Shown: positions 52,295 through 62,539, counted from the first letter of the stretch. The stretch is 64,000 nucleotides of DNA from Nitrososphaera sp. (GCA_039793485.1 JBAMLO010000053.1:12948-76947), one strand, 5' to 3'. Translations and numbers: made by a program. Notes: generated by a model not told the origin, from the sequence alone.

Positions 52295-54451
52295 TTACTT
52301 TTCGTTTGAAGATTTTTTCAGGATTACTTTTACGTCAGCAGCGAGAGCCGTAGTAGCGTATTCGCCAACACCGTAAACGAATAGCGGATTTATATCGATA
52401 TCTTCTATTTCTGGAAAGTCTTCTGCTAATTTTGCAACCCTAACTATGACCTCTTTAACTTTTTCTTTATCTGAAGGTTTCTCGCCCCTTATACCTTCAA
52501 TAAGTTTTGCTGCTTTTGTTTCATTTATCATTTCTTCCGCATCTTCTTTTGTTAGTGGCGCAACTCTGAAGGTTACGTCTCTGTAAAGTTCTATTAAGGT
52601 GCCACCGCTTCCAAACATTATCAGCGGACCAAAAGTTACATCTCTGTGAACGCCTATAGCCACCTCTCTCCCTTGTGGAACCATCTTTCTAACAAGTATC
52701 CCTCTTATCTCAGCATTTGGTGCTTTTTCCTTCACACTTTTCATAATCTTTTCATATGCTTGCTTTACTCCATCTTGGTCTTTAATGTTAAGTATTATCC
52801 CTCCAACGTCAACCTTATGGAGTATATTTGGAGACTCTACTTCTAAAACCACCGGGTATCCAATCTTGTTTGCGGCCTTTATTGCTTCTTCTATGCTGTT
52901 TACTCTAACTTTACTAACTACTGGAATTCCATACGATTCCGCCAGCTCAGTAGCTTCAGAAGGCAGAAGGATATTTCTTTTTTCTTTTAACACAGCTTTT
53001 ATTATTTTTTCTGCTTTATTCTTATCCACTTTAACTTCTTGCGCTTCTCCTGCAGCAACTCTCTGCTTCTTTAAGAACCTGCTGTACTTCAACAGTTGAC
53101 CAAGGGCAGAAACTGCTTTCTCAGGCACGTCGTACGCTGGAATTCCATTTGAAATAAGTAACTTTATGGCATCGTCACACTCCTTGCCTCCGATGAACGT
53201 CGCCGTTATTGGCTTTCCATTGTTTAGCGAACTTTTTGCTCTTATAATTGCATTTGCTACGTCTACCGGATTGGTTTGTGCCGTATGACAGTATAATACT
53301 ATTATGTTGCTAACTCTTTCATCTTCTAAAAGTGTCTTTAACGCACCTTCATAGTCGTTTGGTGAAGCCATTCCAGTTAGGTCAACTGGATTATACACGC
53401 TACCAAAGGGAGGCATAAACTTCCTAAGTTTTTCAGCTAAGTCCTTTGGAATATCCATAAGCTTCACTCCGAACTCTTCAGCAGCATCTGTTGCCATGAC
53501 TCCAGCTCCGCCTCCATTTGTTAAGATGACAGAATTTTCACTACGAGGTAGTGGAAGCAAGTCAAATGCCGTAGCCCAATCGAAGAGCTCAACTATCGTA
53601 GGCGCTCTTATTATCCCAGCCTGCTTAAAAGCCGCCTCGTAAGCTTTATCCGAGCCAGCCAAAGAGCCAGTGTGAGACTTTATTGCTTGTGAGGTTCTTT
53701 CTGCCTTTCCTGGCTTTAGCACTATTATTGGCTTCTTCTTACTTACTTCTTTGGAAACCTTTAGGAATCTTCTTCCGTCGTCCACACCTTCTAAGTACAA
53801 AGTTATAACCTTGGTGTACTTATCGTCCCCAAAGTACTCTATGAAGTCAACTTCATTCAAGTCTGCCTTGTTACCTATGCTAACTAAGTCAGACAGTCCA
53901 ATTTGCTTTAGAGAAGTCCAGCCAGCTAAGCCTATTGCCAACGCACCACTTTGACTAATGAAAGCAATCCTTCCTTCTTTAGGCAATTGCTGTATGAAGC
54001 CCGCATTTACTTTTTTTACAGTATCTGCTACCCCAACTATGTTCGGACCTAAAATTCTCGCATTTCCATTCCTTGCAATCTCAACAAGTTCTAGTTCTTC
54101 TTTTATGTTGCCTACTTCTTTAAACCCTGCAGAAATTATAGCAATTGCCTTAACGCCTTTTTCTATACTTTCCCTGAGTACCTGGGGTACTATTTTTGCA
54201 GGAACGACTATGATTGCCAAGTCGATACTGTACGGAACGTCTTTGATAGACTTGTAACACTTTAAACCCAAAATCTCATCCGCATTTGGATTTATGGGAA
54301 AAACTTTTTCTTTCGAAAAAGAGCTTTCTAAGATGTTTTTTACCACAACGTGACCAATTTTGTTTGGTTCTCTTGCCGCCCCTATAACGGCTATGCTGTT
54401 TGGCCTAAGAAGCTTAGTTATTACTTCACTTAACTCAGTCATTTCCTCCAC
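52295..54451 (-). CDS. Acetate-CoA ligase (ADP-forming), alpha-beta fusion
   Basis: CoA-binding domain (AVIGAA, PINP), GPN, SQSGA, phospho-His SHTGSLAG, TNGGG, NPVDL; ATP-grasp beta part (HKVDVGG, FGPLIMFG.GG, DINP). Confidence 0.93.
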   Translation of the reverse strand: MEEMTELSEVITKLLRPNSIAVIGAAREPNKIGHVVVKNILESSFSKEKVFPINPNADEILGLKCYKSIKDVPYSIDLAIIVVPAKIVPQVLRESIEKGVKAIAIISAGFKEVGNIKEELELVEIARNGNARILGPNIVGVADTVKKVNAGFIQQLPKEGRIAFISQSGALAIGLAGWTSLKQIGLSDLVSIGNKADLNEVDFIEYFGDDKYTKVITLYLEGVDDGRRFLKVSKEVSKKKPIIVLKPGKAERTSQAIKSHTGSLAGSDKAYEAAFKQAGIIRAPTIVELFDWATAFDLLPLPRSENSVILTNGGGAGVMATDAAEEFGVKLMDIPKDLAEKLRKFMPPFGSVYNPVDLTGMASPNDYEGALKTLLEDERVSNIIVLYCHTAQTNPVDVANAIIRAKSSLNNGKPITATFIGGKECDDAIKLLISNGIPAYDVPEKAVSALGQLLKYSRFLKKQRVAAGEAQEVKVDKNKAEKIIKAVLKEKRNILLPSEATELAESYGIPVVSKVRVNSIEEAIKAANKIGYPVVLEVESPNILHKVDVGGIILNIKDQDGVKQAYEKIMKSVKEKAPNAEIRGILVRKMVPQGREVAIGVHRDVTFGPLIMFGSGGTLIELYRDVTFRVAPLTKEDAEEMINETKAAKLIEGIRGEKPSDKEKVKEVIVRVAKLAEDFPEIEDIDINPLFVYGVGEYATTALAADVKVILKKSSNEK

Positions 54452-54512
54452 AACCTACTTTTTCTTTTCAATAAAAAGTTTTCTTGAAAGTTATTAAGGT
54501 ATCTATATAATC

Positions 54513-54591
54513 TATTAGCTAAAGTATCCAATCTCGCTATGGTTATAAGAACTTACTGGGACGAAATGAGCATAGTTTACTTTAGCTAATA
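54513..54591. repeat. 79-nt intergenic element bounded by 14-bp perfect inverted repeats
   Basis: TATTAGCTAAAGTA (54513-54526) and TACTTTAGCTAATA (54578-54591), 51-nt spacer. Confidence 0.6.
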
Positions 54592-54657
54592 ACTCTAGCT
54601 AGTGATAGCAAAAGCTTTATTTATTTATTTCTTAAGCTACCTTCTTCTAGAGTAGTT

Positions 54658-55680
54658 TTGGGGACAAGGCTCTCGCCTCTTGTAAAACCAAGAAAGGTAA
54701 AATTATCTCAACTATACTCAAGAATTGTTGCATTTGATGCAAACAACTTGTTGTACCAATTTCTCTCTCTAGTTAGGATGCCAAATGGTGAACTATTGAA
54801 AGACAGAGAAGGCAGAATTACCTCACACTTGTTGGGTGCTTCGTTGAGAATCTCAAGACTTATGGCTGAGTACAGTATTAAACCAATAATGGTTTTTGAT
54901 GGCACGCCCTCTGAGCTAAAACTTAGAACGTTGGAAGCTAGAAGAAAAGAAAGAGAAAAAGCACTAATGGAATGGAAGAAAAACATAGAGCAGGGTAACG
55001 TAGTAAAAGCTTTCTCAAAAGCAGTAGTTTCAGCAACACTAACTAAGGAGTTAGCCAACGATGCAAGAGAAATGTTTAGACTTATGGGAATTCCAGTAAT
55101 TAACGCTCCTGAAGATGCTGAGGCACAAGCATCGTACATGTGCATGAAGGAAGATGCATGGGCCATTGCCTCTCAGGACTATGATTCTCTTCTATATGGA
55201 GCTCCACGAATTGTAAGATACATAACAATAAGCGGAAAAGACTTCTTGCCCTCAAAGCTCAGGATGAAGCCGCTAGTTCCTGAGATCATAGAATTAAAAA
55301 GTACACTTGAACGTCTCGGGATTTCGAGGGAACAGCTCATCGATATTGCAATTCTCTCTGGAACTGACTTTAACGAGGGTATACCAAAAATAGGCCCAAT
55401 AAGAGCTTATAGATTAATAAAAAGGTACGAACGTATAGAAAAAATTCCTACGAATATCCTTAACAAAAGTATTGAAAACCTGGAAAAAATTAGGGAAATA
55501 TTCATGAAGCCAAAAATTGTAGCAGATTATTCCATAACTTTCTCTAAGCCAAGTTTTGAAGAGCTTAAAAGATTTCTTCGTAGTAGGTCCTTTTCGGAAG
55601 AAAAAATAGAACTCATAACAGATCGACTCTCATTGTTTTATAATTCATTGGAGAAGCTTTCCTTAAGTAAGTGGCTTTAA
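54658..55680 (+). CDS. fen: Flap endonuclease 1
   Basis: FDANNLLYQFLS.VR, VFDG, EDAEAQA, SQDYDSLLYGAP, GTDFNEG; C-terminal PIP-like LSLSKWL. Confidence 0.96.
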   Translation: MGTRLSPLVKPRKVKLSQLYSRIVAFDANNLLYQFLSLVRMPNGELLKDREGRITSHLLGASLRISRLMAEYSIKPIMVFDGTPSELKLRTLEARRKEREKALMEWKKNIEQGNVVKAFSKAVVSATLTKELANDAREMFRLMGIPVINAPEDAEAQASYMCMKEDAWAIASQDYDSLLYGAPRIVRYITISGKDFLPSKLRMKPLVPEIIELKSTLERLGISREQLIDIAILSGTDFNEGIPKIGPIRAYRLIKRYERIEKIPTNILNKSIENLEKIREIFMKPKIVADYSITFSKPSFEELKRFLRSRSFSEEKIELITDRLSLFYNSLEKLSLSKWL

Positions 55681-55727
55681 CCAATTAACACAAAATCTCT
55701 AACCAAAGAAAAAACTTGCGTACTTGC

Positions 55728-56660
55728 TTATTTTTCGAATGCCCAAACACTTGAGACTTCAGAAGTTTTAGCACGTAATGCTTCAGAGTCTTCTATGATT
55801 TTTGAGCCCTTCTCGATCTTTTTCCTTATTTCATTTGGAATAGAAAAGTTTGCAATGTAAGTTTCTCCATTCAGGTACTTAGGAGTTTTTCTTAGCTTGC
55901 TTTTAATCCATAGCTCAACTTCATCTTTTTCTCTTGTTGCGTTTTTTCCATTCTTAGTAGCCATTACGAAGCCCCAATCGTCCCCGAAAGATTTCACAAA
56001 AGAGTGAGAACAAACAGCGTTGCCAAAAACTTTCTTTATAGTTGAATAAATTCGCGTATACTGATTAGACCCAAAAACTGTTGCCTGCGTTACAAAGGCG
56101 CCACCATCTTCCAACTTACTTTTAACTACTTCATAAAATTGTCTTGAGTAAAGAAGCAAGGAAGGCCCAGAGGGTATAGGATCGGTAGCATCTATAACAA
56201 TGATATCGTATTTATTCCTAGTTTTTTCTAAAAATTTTCTCCCATCGCCAACTACTATTTTTACTTTTTTGTTCTCTAATGAGCCCTCATTTATTTTTTT
56301 CAAAAATTTTTTGCTAACTTCTATTACATCTTTGTCGAGGTCAACCAACGTGATCTCCCTTATGTCAACATCTTTTAAAAGCTCTCTTGCAGCACATCCA
56401 TCGCCTCCTCCAACTATAAGTGCACTTCTTGGATAGTCGACGCTAATTAAAGTTGGGTGAATTAGAGATTCATGGTAAATATACTCATCATCCTCGTGGA
56501 TCTGAACCAATCCATCTAGTATAAGAGCTATTCCTTTATTTGTTTCTATTACTTCAATCTTTTGATACTTACTTTCCTTTGAATACAACACTCTCTTAAG
56601 AGGAATAAGTTGAAAAAAATTGTCACTTGTTGGCGTTAAGTAGTAACTTCCTGCTATCAT
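55728..56660 (-). CDS. speE: Polyamine aminopropyltransferase (spermidine synthase)
   Basis: SKYQKI, LDG..Q...DE..YHE, GGGDG, DGR, DATDP. Confidence 0.93.
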   Translation of the reverse strand: MIAGSYYLTPTSDNFFQLIPLKRVLYSKESKYQKIEVIETNKGIALILDGLVQIHEDDEYIYHESLIHPTLISVDYPRSALIVGGGDGCAARELLKDVDIREITLVDLDKDVIEVSKKFLKKINEGSLENKKVKIVVGDGRKFLEKTRNKYDIIVIDATDPIPSGPSLLLYSRQFYEVVKSKLEDGGAFVTQATVFGSNQYTRIYSTIKKVFGNAVCSHSFVKSFGDDWGFVMATKNGKNATREKDEVELWIKSKLRKTPKYLNGETYIANFSIPNEIRKKIEKGSKIIEDSEALRAKTSEVSSVWAFEK

Positions 56661-57036
56661 CTTCTATTTCACTCAGTAGACCCCTTTTTATCTTTTTGAA
56701 CTTAACTCTCTTTGCTCCTAAAAGTTTAGCTAAAACCTTTAGACCTTCTTCTGGTTTTGTACGCTCGCCGCAGGTAAAAATGTCTACAGCGGCATACCCA
56801 TACTCGGGCCAAGTATGAATTGCTAAGTGTGATTCTGCGACTACAACAACTCCAGAAATTCCTTGGGGATTAAACTTATGAAAAACGCTTCTTACAACTG
56901 TAGAGTTTGAGGCTCTTGCTGCCTCAAGCATTGCCTTCTTTACAGTACTCAAGCTATTTAAACGCCCGGTTTCGCATTCAAACAGTTCAGCGATTATTTG
57001 TTTTCCAAGGTATCCCATCATTTCCTCCAATTCCAT
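56623..57036 (-). CDS. speH: S-adenosylmethionine decarboxylase proenzyme (class 1B)
   Basis: FNPQGISGVVVVAESHLAIHTWPEYGYAAVDIFTCG with the ES autocleavage site. An arginine decarboxylase paralog cannot be excluded. Confidence 0.88.
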   Translation of the reverse strand: MELEEMMGYLGKQIIAELFECETGRLNSLSTVKKAMLEAARASNSTVVRSVFHKFNPQGISGVVVVAESHLAIHTWPEYGYAAVDIFTCGERTKPEEGLKVLAKLLGAKRVKFKKIKRGLLSEIEDDSRKLLLNANK

Positions 57037-57340
57037 TAAATATTGAATATAAATTTAAATGTTTCTCTTTTTTTGCCTAAAAATTGCCTATTTTGAATTT
57101 TTTTACGACAATTTGGAATAAAGTTGAAAATACAAGTAGTTTCTTAATTAGTTGTAAAAGCAGTAGTAAGAATATACAAAATATTAAAAAAATTGAGTTG
57201 TTTAGTTTTTAACCAAAAAAATGAGGTATTTTGATAAAAAGAGCTAAAAATAAGGAAAAGAAAAATAGTAAACGTATTTTTAAAGGCAGAATGTTTAGTA
57301 CGTCGCTTCTTTAAGTCTTGAATATAGAGAAAACGTAAAA

Positions 57341-58225
57341 CTAATGTCTTAAAGAAGAATGGAAATAAGCCAGCTTAAACAAAGATGGACTATAATTAAC
57401 TTTATTTGCATAACTCAAGGGATCTTTCCTCAACTCTTCAACCTCTTCCTTACTTAGATTTTTTGCCACCCATTTTAGGTACTTGTGCCTAGCAAGAATA
57501 CTTGCTGAAGCTACAGCGGGTACTGATTCCGCCTTTGTAAACGAACGAACGTTTGGTTCCCTTAACTTGTTTGTGATCCATTTTATTTTCTCTTTACTTT
57601 TCGAGCTATCAAATTCGTCTATGACTATACTATAGCTTTTTTCTCTTAGCTTTGAGATTACTCTCCTTATAACTACAGAATGAGCTAAAGCTAAGATGTC
57701 GTTTAACCCAAGACCCTTTGAAGAATATTTTTTAAGTAAAATGTTAAATTTCATTGGAGAAATGGACAGCGTAGAACTTGCTTGACAGTTACGATTTATT
57801 TCTCTTGCTAACCTTTCAATTCTGCTATCTGGAATCAGTTTGCTATCAGTAACGCCAATAGAACTTAAGTATGCGGCCTGTTTTGGAGTTAAAGCGACTG
57901 CAGCCGTTACCAGTGGACCAACAATTTCACCCTTACCAGCTTCGTCTGAGCCAATCGTAGTATTTTCGTCCTTTAACTTTTTATAAAACAAGGATTCAAG
58001 GAGTTTTCTGATTTTTTCATTTTTCTGGTAAACAAGTTTTCCAGTTTCGTAAACTATAATAAGAGAATTATCTACAATACCTCTTAGAAGTTCGAATTCA
58101 TTTGAAGCAGGCAGTCTTCTGAAGGTTGCTTCTTTTGAGATTATTTTAATAAAGTCATTTATGTTTTCCGCGCCTAAAAACACTGGAATTTGCTCGTTTT
58201 CCCTATCTTTATTTGGTTGCAACAC
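57341..58225 (-). CDS. rnhC: Ribonuclease HIII-like (type 2 RNase H with N-terminal TBP-like domain)
   Basis: About 85-aa N-domain with IIVYETGKLVYQ, then GSDEAGKGE..GP, DSK, IDEF and KAES..AVASASILAR; 294 aa. Confidence 0.75.
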   Translation of the reverse strand: MLQPNKDRENEQIPVFLGAENINDFIKIISKEATFRRLPASNEFELLRGIVDNSLIIVYETGKLVYQKNEKIRKLLESLFYKKLKDENTTIGSDEAGKGEIVGPLVTAAVALTPKQAAYLSSIGVTDSKLIPDSRIERLAREINRNCQASSTLSISPMKFNILLKKYSSKGLGLNDILALAHSVVIRRVISKLREKSYSIVIDEFDSSKSKEKIKWITNKLREPNVRSFTKAESVPAVASASILARHKYLKWVAKNLSKEEVEELRKDPLSYANKVNYSPSLFKLAYFHSSLRH

Positions 58226-58355
58226 TTTAACCGTGTTAACTCAAGTGAATTTAGTTGATTATTAATCTTTTCCTCTATTTTTGTTCTGACTTATTTGGTG
58301 TTATTGAAAAGAAAAGGTTAAATATACTTTTTATAAAATAAATTAATTATATAAA

Positions 58356-58943
58356 ATGAAAAACGCCTTAATAGTTGTGGATGTTCAAAAGGACTTTTGT
58401 AAAAACGGAGCGTTAGAAGTGCCAGAGGGAGACGAAGTTGTAGATCCTCTGAATAAATATATAGAAGTTTTTGAAACAACAAAAAATATTGTAGTTTTCA
58501 CGAGAGATTGGCACCCACCAGACCACATATCATTCAAGGGAAGAGGTGGGCCTTGGCCACCTCATTGCATAAAGAACACTGAGGGAGCGGAGTTCCATCC
58601 TAAATTAAATTTTCCAAGCGTAGCAATTGTTGTGTCTAAGGCAAGCGAAAGAGATAGAGAAGCCTACTCTGGGTTTGAGAACACTGGATTGCACGAGCTT
58701 TTAAAAGAACTAAAAGTTGAAAAAGTTTTTGTTGGGGGCTTGGCTACAGACTACTGTGTTAAGAATACAGTATTAGATGCTCTAAAGTTTGGCTTTAAAA
58801 CTTATTTGTTAGTTGATGCTATAAAAGGGGTTAACGTTAACCCTAGAGACAGTGAGCTTGCTATAGAAGAAATGAAGAAAAAAGGGGCGGTAGCGATCAC
58901 ATTTGATGAAGCAAAAAAGCTGATAGGGTTAAGCGAAAAATGA
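58356..58943 (+). CDS. pncA: Nicotinamidase/pyrazinamidase
   Basis: VVDVQKDF, RDWHP..H, WPPHC, YSGF, GLATDYCV. Confidence 0.93.
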   Translation: MKNALIVVDVQKDFCKNGALEVPEGDEVVDPLNKYIEVFETTKNIVVFTRDWHPPDHISFKGRGGPWPPHCIKNTEGAEFHPKLNFPSVAIVVSKASERDREAYSGFENTGLHELLKELKVEKVFVGGLATDYCVKNTVLDALKFGFKTYLLVDAIKGVNVNPRDSELAIEEMKKKGAVAITFDEAKKLIGLSEK

Positions 58944-59431
58944 TAAGGCTCGTTGTTCTTGATGCTGACAGAACAATATGGGACCATCACAACGTTACTG
59001 AACTTAGAAGTCCATTTAAGCTTGTATCTAAAGATGTGGCTGAAGATGCAAATGGAGTAAAGGTAAAGTTAAACGATAAACTAATAGACTTTCTAGAGTT
59101 CGCTAGAGAAAAAGGAATTCTTGTATCATTGGCGAGCTGGAACGAACCAAAAAACGTTTTTGAGCTTCTATCTTTATTTGGAATAGACAAGTACTTTGTT
59201 TTCCCTATAGCAGAGCCTCATCCGAATAAGCATCTAATGATACAAAAAATAATAAGTAACCTAAGTAAAAGAGGAATAGATATTTCTCCAAATGAAATCC
59301 TATATATTGATGATAGAGATATTCATTTAAGCGAAATAAGAGAAAAAATTGGGAATGTAAAATTTCTTAAGTTTGGCGCGGATATAAAAGATTGGCAGGA
59401 AGCTATAAATAAAATTGAAAACAGCCTCTAG
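58940..59431 (+). CDS. Magnesium-dependent phosphatase-1 (HAD IIIC)
   Basis: DADRTIWD, ASWN, HPNK, YIDDR; ATGA overlap with pncA. Confidence 0.87.
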   Translation: MIRLVVLDADRTIWDHHNVTELRSPFKLVSKDVAEDANGVKVKLNDKLIDFLEFAREKGILVSLASWNEPKNVFELLSLFGIDKYFVFPIAEPHPNKHLMIQKIISNLSKRGIDISPNEILYIDDRDIHLSEIREKIGNVKFLKFGADIKDWQEAINKIENSL

Positions 59432-59472
59432 CAACAAAAGACTTAAAAAGATTAATTGAGTAGGTATTTCTT

Positions 59473-59838
59473 ATGTCTTGGGAAGATGCAAAAGAAGCTT
59501 TAAAGAAAAACGAAGAGATAAAAATTACTTTCGTAGGAAGAAAAAGCAAAAAGAAGGTTTCAACGCCTGTTTGGTACGTATTTGAAAACAACAGCATTTT
59601 ACTGCTCCCAGTTTCTGGAAGCAAAACAAACTGGTTTAAAAATGTAGCAGTAACTCCTCAAATAGACATAGAAGTAGATAGCATAAAAATCTCAGGGAAG
59701 TGCGAAATTTTAACTAACAAGAAGGACGTAGAGTATGTTGTAGCAAAGTTTAAAGAAAAGTATGGAGAAGAAGAAATTAAGAAATGGTACTCTGGGTTTG
59801 ATGTCGCAGTAAGGGTACGACCTGCGTTGTCAAAATAA
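59473..59838 (+). CDS. Split-barrel protein, deazaflavin-dependent nitroreductase (DDN)-like
   Basis: GRKSKK..STPVW and NWFKNV..TP motifs recalling T.GRKSG..R.TP / WY.NL.ANP. Confidence 0.65.
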   Translation: MSWEDAKEALKKNEEIKITFVGRKSKKKVSTPVWYVFENNSILLLPVSGSKTNWFKNVAVTPQIDIEVDSIKISGKCEILTNKKDVEYVVAKFKEKYGEEEIKKWYSGFDVAVRVRPALSK

Positions 59839-59884
59839 AAAGTTAAATACCGCAATGGTAAGGCGTATAAGAATGTGAACAAAA

Positions 59885-60925
59885 ATGGAGAAAGTGAGGA
59901 TAGCTTTAGTTGGTGCGGGAAGCATAGGAAGGGTTCATGCGCGAAACATAAAAGCAACTAAAGATGCTGAACTGGTAGCAATTTGTGACGTAAAAGAAGA
60001 AAGAGCAAAAAGCTTAAGTGAAGAAACGAAAGTAAACAGAATCTATACGAACTACGAAGAAATGATAGACAAAGAACAACCCGATGGAGTTGTTGTAGCT
60101 GTTCCAAACTACTTACACTCTAGCGTTACGGTTTATGCGTTATCCAAAGGAGCAAATGTCTTATGTGAAAAGCCAATGGCTATAAATTCCAAAGAAGCTG
60201 AGAAAATGGTAGAAGCTTACAGGAAATACAAGAAAACGCTCATGCTTGGGATGACTCAGAGATTTACTTGCGAAGCTCAAATGCTAAAGAAGCTCATTGA
60301 ACAGGGAGAACTTGGAGAGATATACTTTGCTAAAGCAGACCTTCTTAGAAGGCTTGGCATTCCGGGCATGGGTAGCTGGTTTACCACAAAGAAATACTCT
60401 GGAGGAGGACCACTTATAGACTTAGGACCACACATGATTGACTTGGCAACCTGGTTAATCGGATTTCCAAAACCAAAATCTGCAAAAGGATATACCTTTT
60501 CTAAGATAGGGGTACAAAACAAAGGACTTGGAGGCTGGGGAATACCGGAGCCAGGAGGACCATTCGATGTTGAAGATCTAGCAGTTGGTTTAGTGGAGTT
60601 TGAGAAAGGAATAACATTGTATGTTCAAGTCAGCTGGGCAACTTACACTGACGAAACCTTTAACGTAAACATATTTGGAAATAAAGCTGGAGCATCATAT
60701 CGCCCGCCAAAAATAATTACTGAGGTTGAAGGTGGAAATGTTATAGAAAAAAACCTCATCTGCCAACAGGTTGATCCTTATAAGAAAGAAATGGAGCATT
60801 TTGTTAATGTTATAAAGGGAAAAGAAGCACCACTTACAGCGCCAGAAGAGGGACTAACTGTTATGAAGATAATAGATGCAATTTACGCTTCTGCTGAAAA
60901 GAATAAAGAAGTGAAAATAGAGTAA
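59885..60925 (+). CDS. Gfo/Idh/MocA family oxidoreductase
   Basis: VGAGSIG, LCEKPMA, GGGPLIDLGPHMID. Confidence 0.93.
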   Translation: MEKVRIALVGAGSIGRVHARNIKATKDAELVAICDVKEERAKSLSEETKVNRIYTNYEEMIDKEQPDGVVVAVPNYLHSSVTVYALSKGANVLCEKPMAINSKEAEKMVEAYRKYKKTLMLGMTQRFTCEAQMLKKLIEQGELGEIYFAKADLLRRLGIPGMGSWFTTKKYSGGGPLIDLGPHMIDLATWLIGFPKPKSAKGYTFSKIGVQNKGLGGWGIPEPGGPFDVEDLAVGLVEFEKGITLYVQVSWATYTDETFNVNIFGNKAGASYRPPKIITEVEGGNVIEKNLICQQVDPYKKEMEHFVNVIKGKEAPLTAPEEGLTVMKIIDAIYASAEKNKEVKIE

Positions 60926-60994
60926 ATAAGTTTTTATACTTTTTTAAATTTTTTATACTCCTTCCCGTTTGTTCTGAAGTAGAGTAGATACGAG

Positions 60995-62002
60995 ATGGAT
61001 GCTTATGTTTTAGGTTCAGCATTTTTAGAACTTTCTCCAAAGGCCTTAAGCAAGAGAATAAGGGAGAGCAACGAATTTCTTGGCAATGCCGGAGGATCTG
61101 CAACGAACACAGCTGTCGCAACTTCAAAGCTTGGTTTAAAAGTTGGACTGTTAAGTTGTATTGGAGACGATGAAATAGGGAAAAAAGTACTAAATGATCT
61201 CAGAAGTTACAAGGTAGTTACAAGAAACATAAGAAAAGTTCATGGAATAAGAACAGGAATTAGCTTCTATGAATACAAAGGGAAAAAGAAAGTTTACTAT
61301 TTTTATAGATTTTCTGGCTACTCAGACCCAGAAAATTACATAGTGCTTGACAAAAAACTTGCAAGTGAAGTTCAAAGTGCGAGAGTTTTTCACTTTACAG
61401 AAGCCACAATAAGAAAAGAAGAGAGACTTAAAGAGGTAGTAGGCTTCGTAAACAAATTAAGAAAAAAGTTAGTTGTAGTTTATGACTCGAACCTACGGCT
61501 AGACCTATGGAGATCAAGGAGAGATGCCATTAACGCCTCAAGAAAGGCAATAGAAATTTCTAAAGTAATTACTATGAACGAAGAAGAAGCTAAAGTAATA
61601 TTTGAGTCCAAGACTCTTGCTGACGTTTTAAGAAAAATGTCAAAGATGGGCGAAAAGGTTTTCTTTATAAAAAGAGGTTCAAAAGGTTGCTTAGCCCATT
61701 ACGGTAATAAAGTCTATAGCGTTAAAGCATTCAAAGTTAAGGTTATAGACGATACGGGCGCTGGAGATTGTTTCTCTGCAGGTGTAATTTTTGGAATAGT
61801 TAGAGGACTAAGCATAGGAGAAACAGCAACATTTTCAAATGCTGTTGCGGCTCTTAAAATATCTAGAGCTGGGGGATTAGGTGCAATCCCGAACTTAAAT
61901 GAAGTTTTAAGCTTCTTAAAGAGAGAGGGCTACGAAGAGCTTGCAAAGAAGATAGTAAAACTAAAAACGAACTTTGCTGAGGAACTATTTCCAGCTTCTT
62001 AA
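60995..62002 (+). CDS. PfkB family carbohydrate kinase
   Basis: GGSATNTA, GDDEIG, DSNLR..LW, MNEEE, KRGSKG, DDTGAGDCF. Confidence 0.92.
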   Translation: MDAYVLGSAFLELSPKALSKRIRESNEFLGNAGGSATNTAVATSKLGLKVGLLSCIGDDEIGKKVLNDLRSYKVVTRNIRKVHGIRTGISFYEYKGKKKVYYFYRFSGYSDPENYIVLDKKLASEVQSARVFHFTEATIRKEERLKEVVGFVNKLRKKLVVVYDSNLRLDLWRSRRDAINASRKAIEISKVITMNEEEAKVIFESKTLADVLRKMSKMGEKVFFIKRGSKGCLAHYGNKVYSVKAFKVKVIDDTGAGDCFSAGVIFGIVRGLSIGETATFSNAVAALKISRAGGLGAIPNLNEVLSFLKREGYEELAKKIVKLKTNFAEELFPAS

Positions 62003-62539
62003 GTATCTTGTTCTGATACCAAAGTAGGATAAGGCCCTTGCCGTAGTATAGTTAACCAGCTCCTCAATCGACTTTGGTTTTAGGTAAAATGGAGGCATAG
62101 GAGGCATTATTACAACGTTGTTATTTGTTGATAACTTAAGCAAATTCTTTAAATGAATTGAACTTAATGGGGTTTCTCTTGGCATGAGGACAACTTTTCT
62201 TTTTTCTTTAATACAAACGTCTGCAACCCTTGTAAGGAGGTTATCTGAAATGCCGTTCGCAATTTTTGCAACAGTAGACATTGAGCAAGGAGAAATTAAG
62301 AGCCCATCATACTCAAAGGATCCACTTGCTAAGGGAGAATCAAAATCTGATTCGTCGTAGTACTTAAAGGCAAGCGACTTAACATATTCTTCGGTAAGAT
62401 CTGTTTCTTCACGAAGAACTTTCCACCCGTTCTTTGTTACAATCAGATAAGTTTCGACTTTAGCCTCTTTAAGGAGTTCAAGTGCAGTAATACCATAGAT
62501 AGAACCACTACTACCGGTTATGCCAACTACAATCCTCAT
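61985..62539 (-). CDS. ubiX: Flavin prenyltransferase
   Basis: VGITGSSG, ASGS, PCSMST, NLLTRVADV..KE.R, PRETP, PPFY. Confidence 0.93.
   Translation of the reverse strand: MRIVVGITGSSGSIYGITALELLKEAKVETYLIVTKNGWKVLREETDLTEEYVKSLAFKYYDESDFDSPLASGSFEYDGLLISPCSMSTVAKIANGISDNLLTRVADVCIKEKRKVVLMPRETPLSSIHLKNLLKLSTNNNVVIMPPMPPFYLKPKSIEELVNYTTARALSYFGIRTRYLRSWK

Noticed and set aside
57037-57340. Very AT-rich 300-nt spacer as a replication origin
   Set aside because: No ORB-like repeats and no adjacent cdc6/orc1; consistent with terminator plus promoter sequence.
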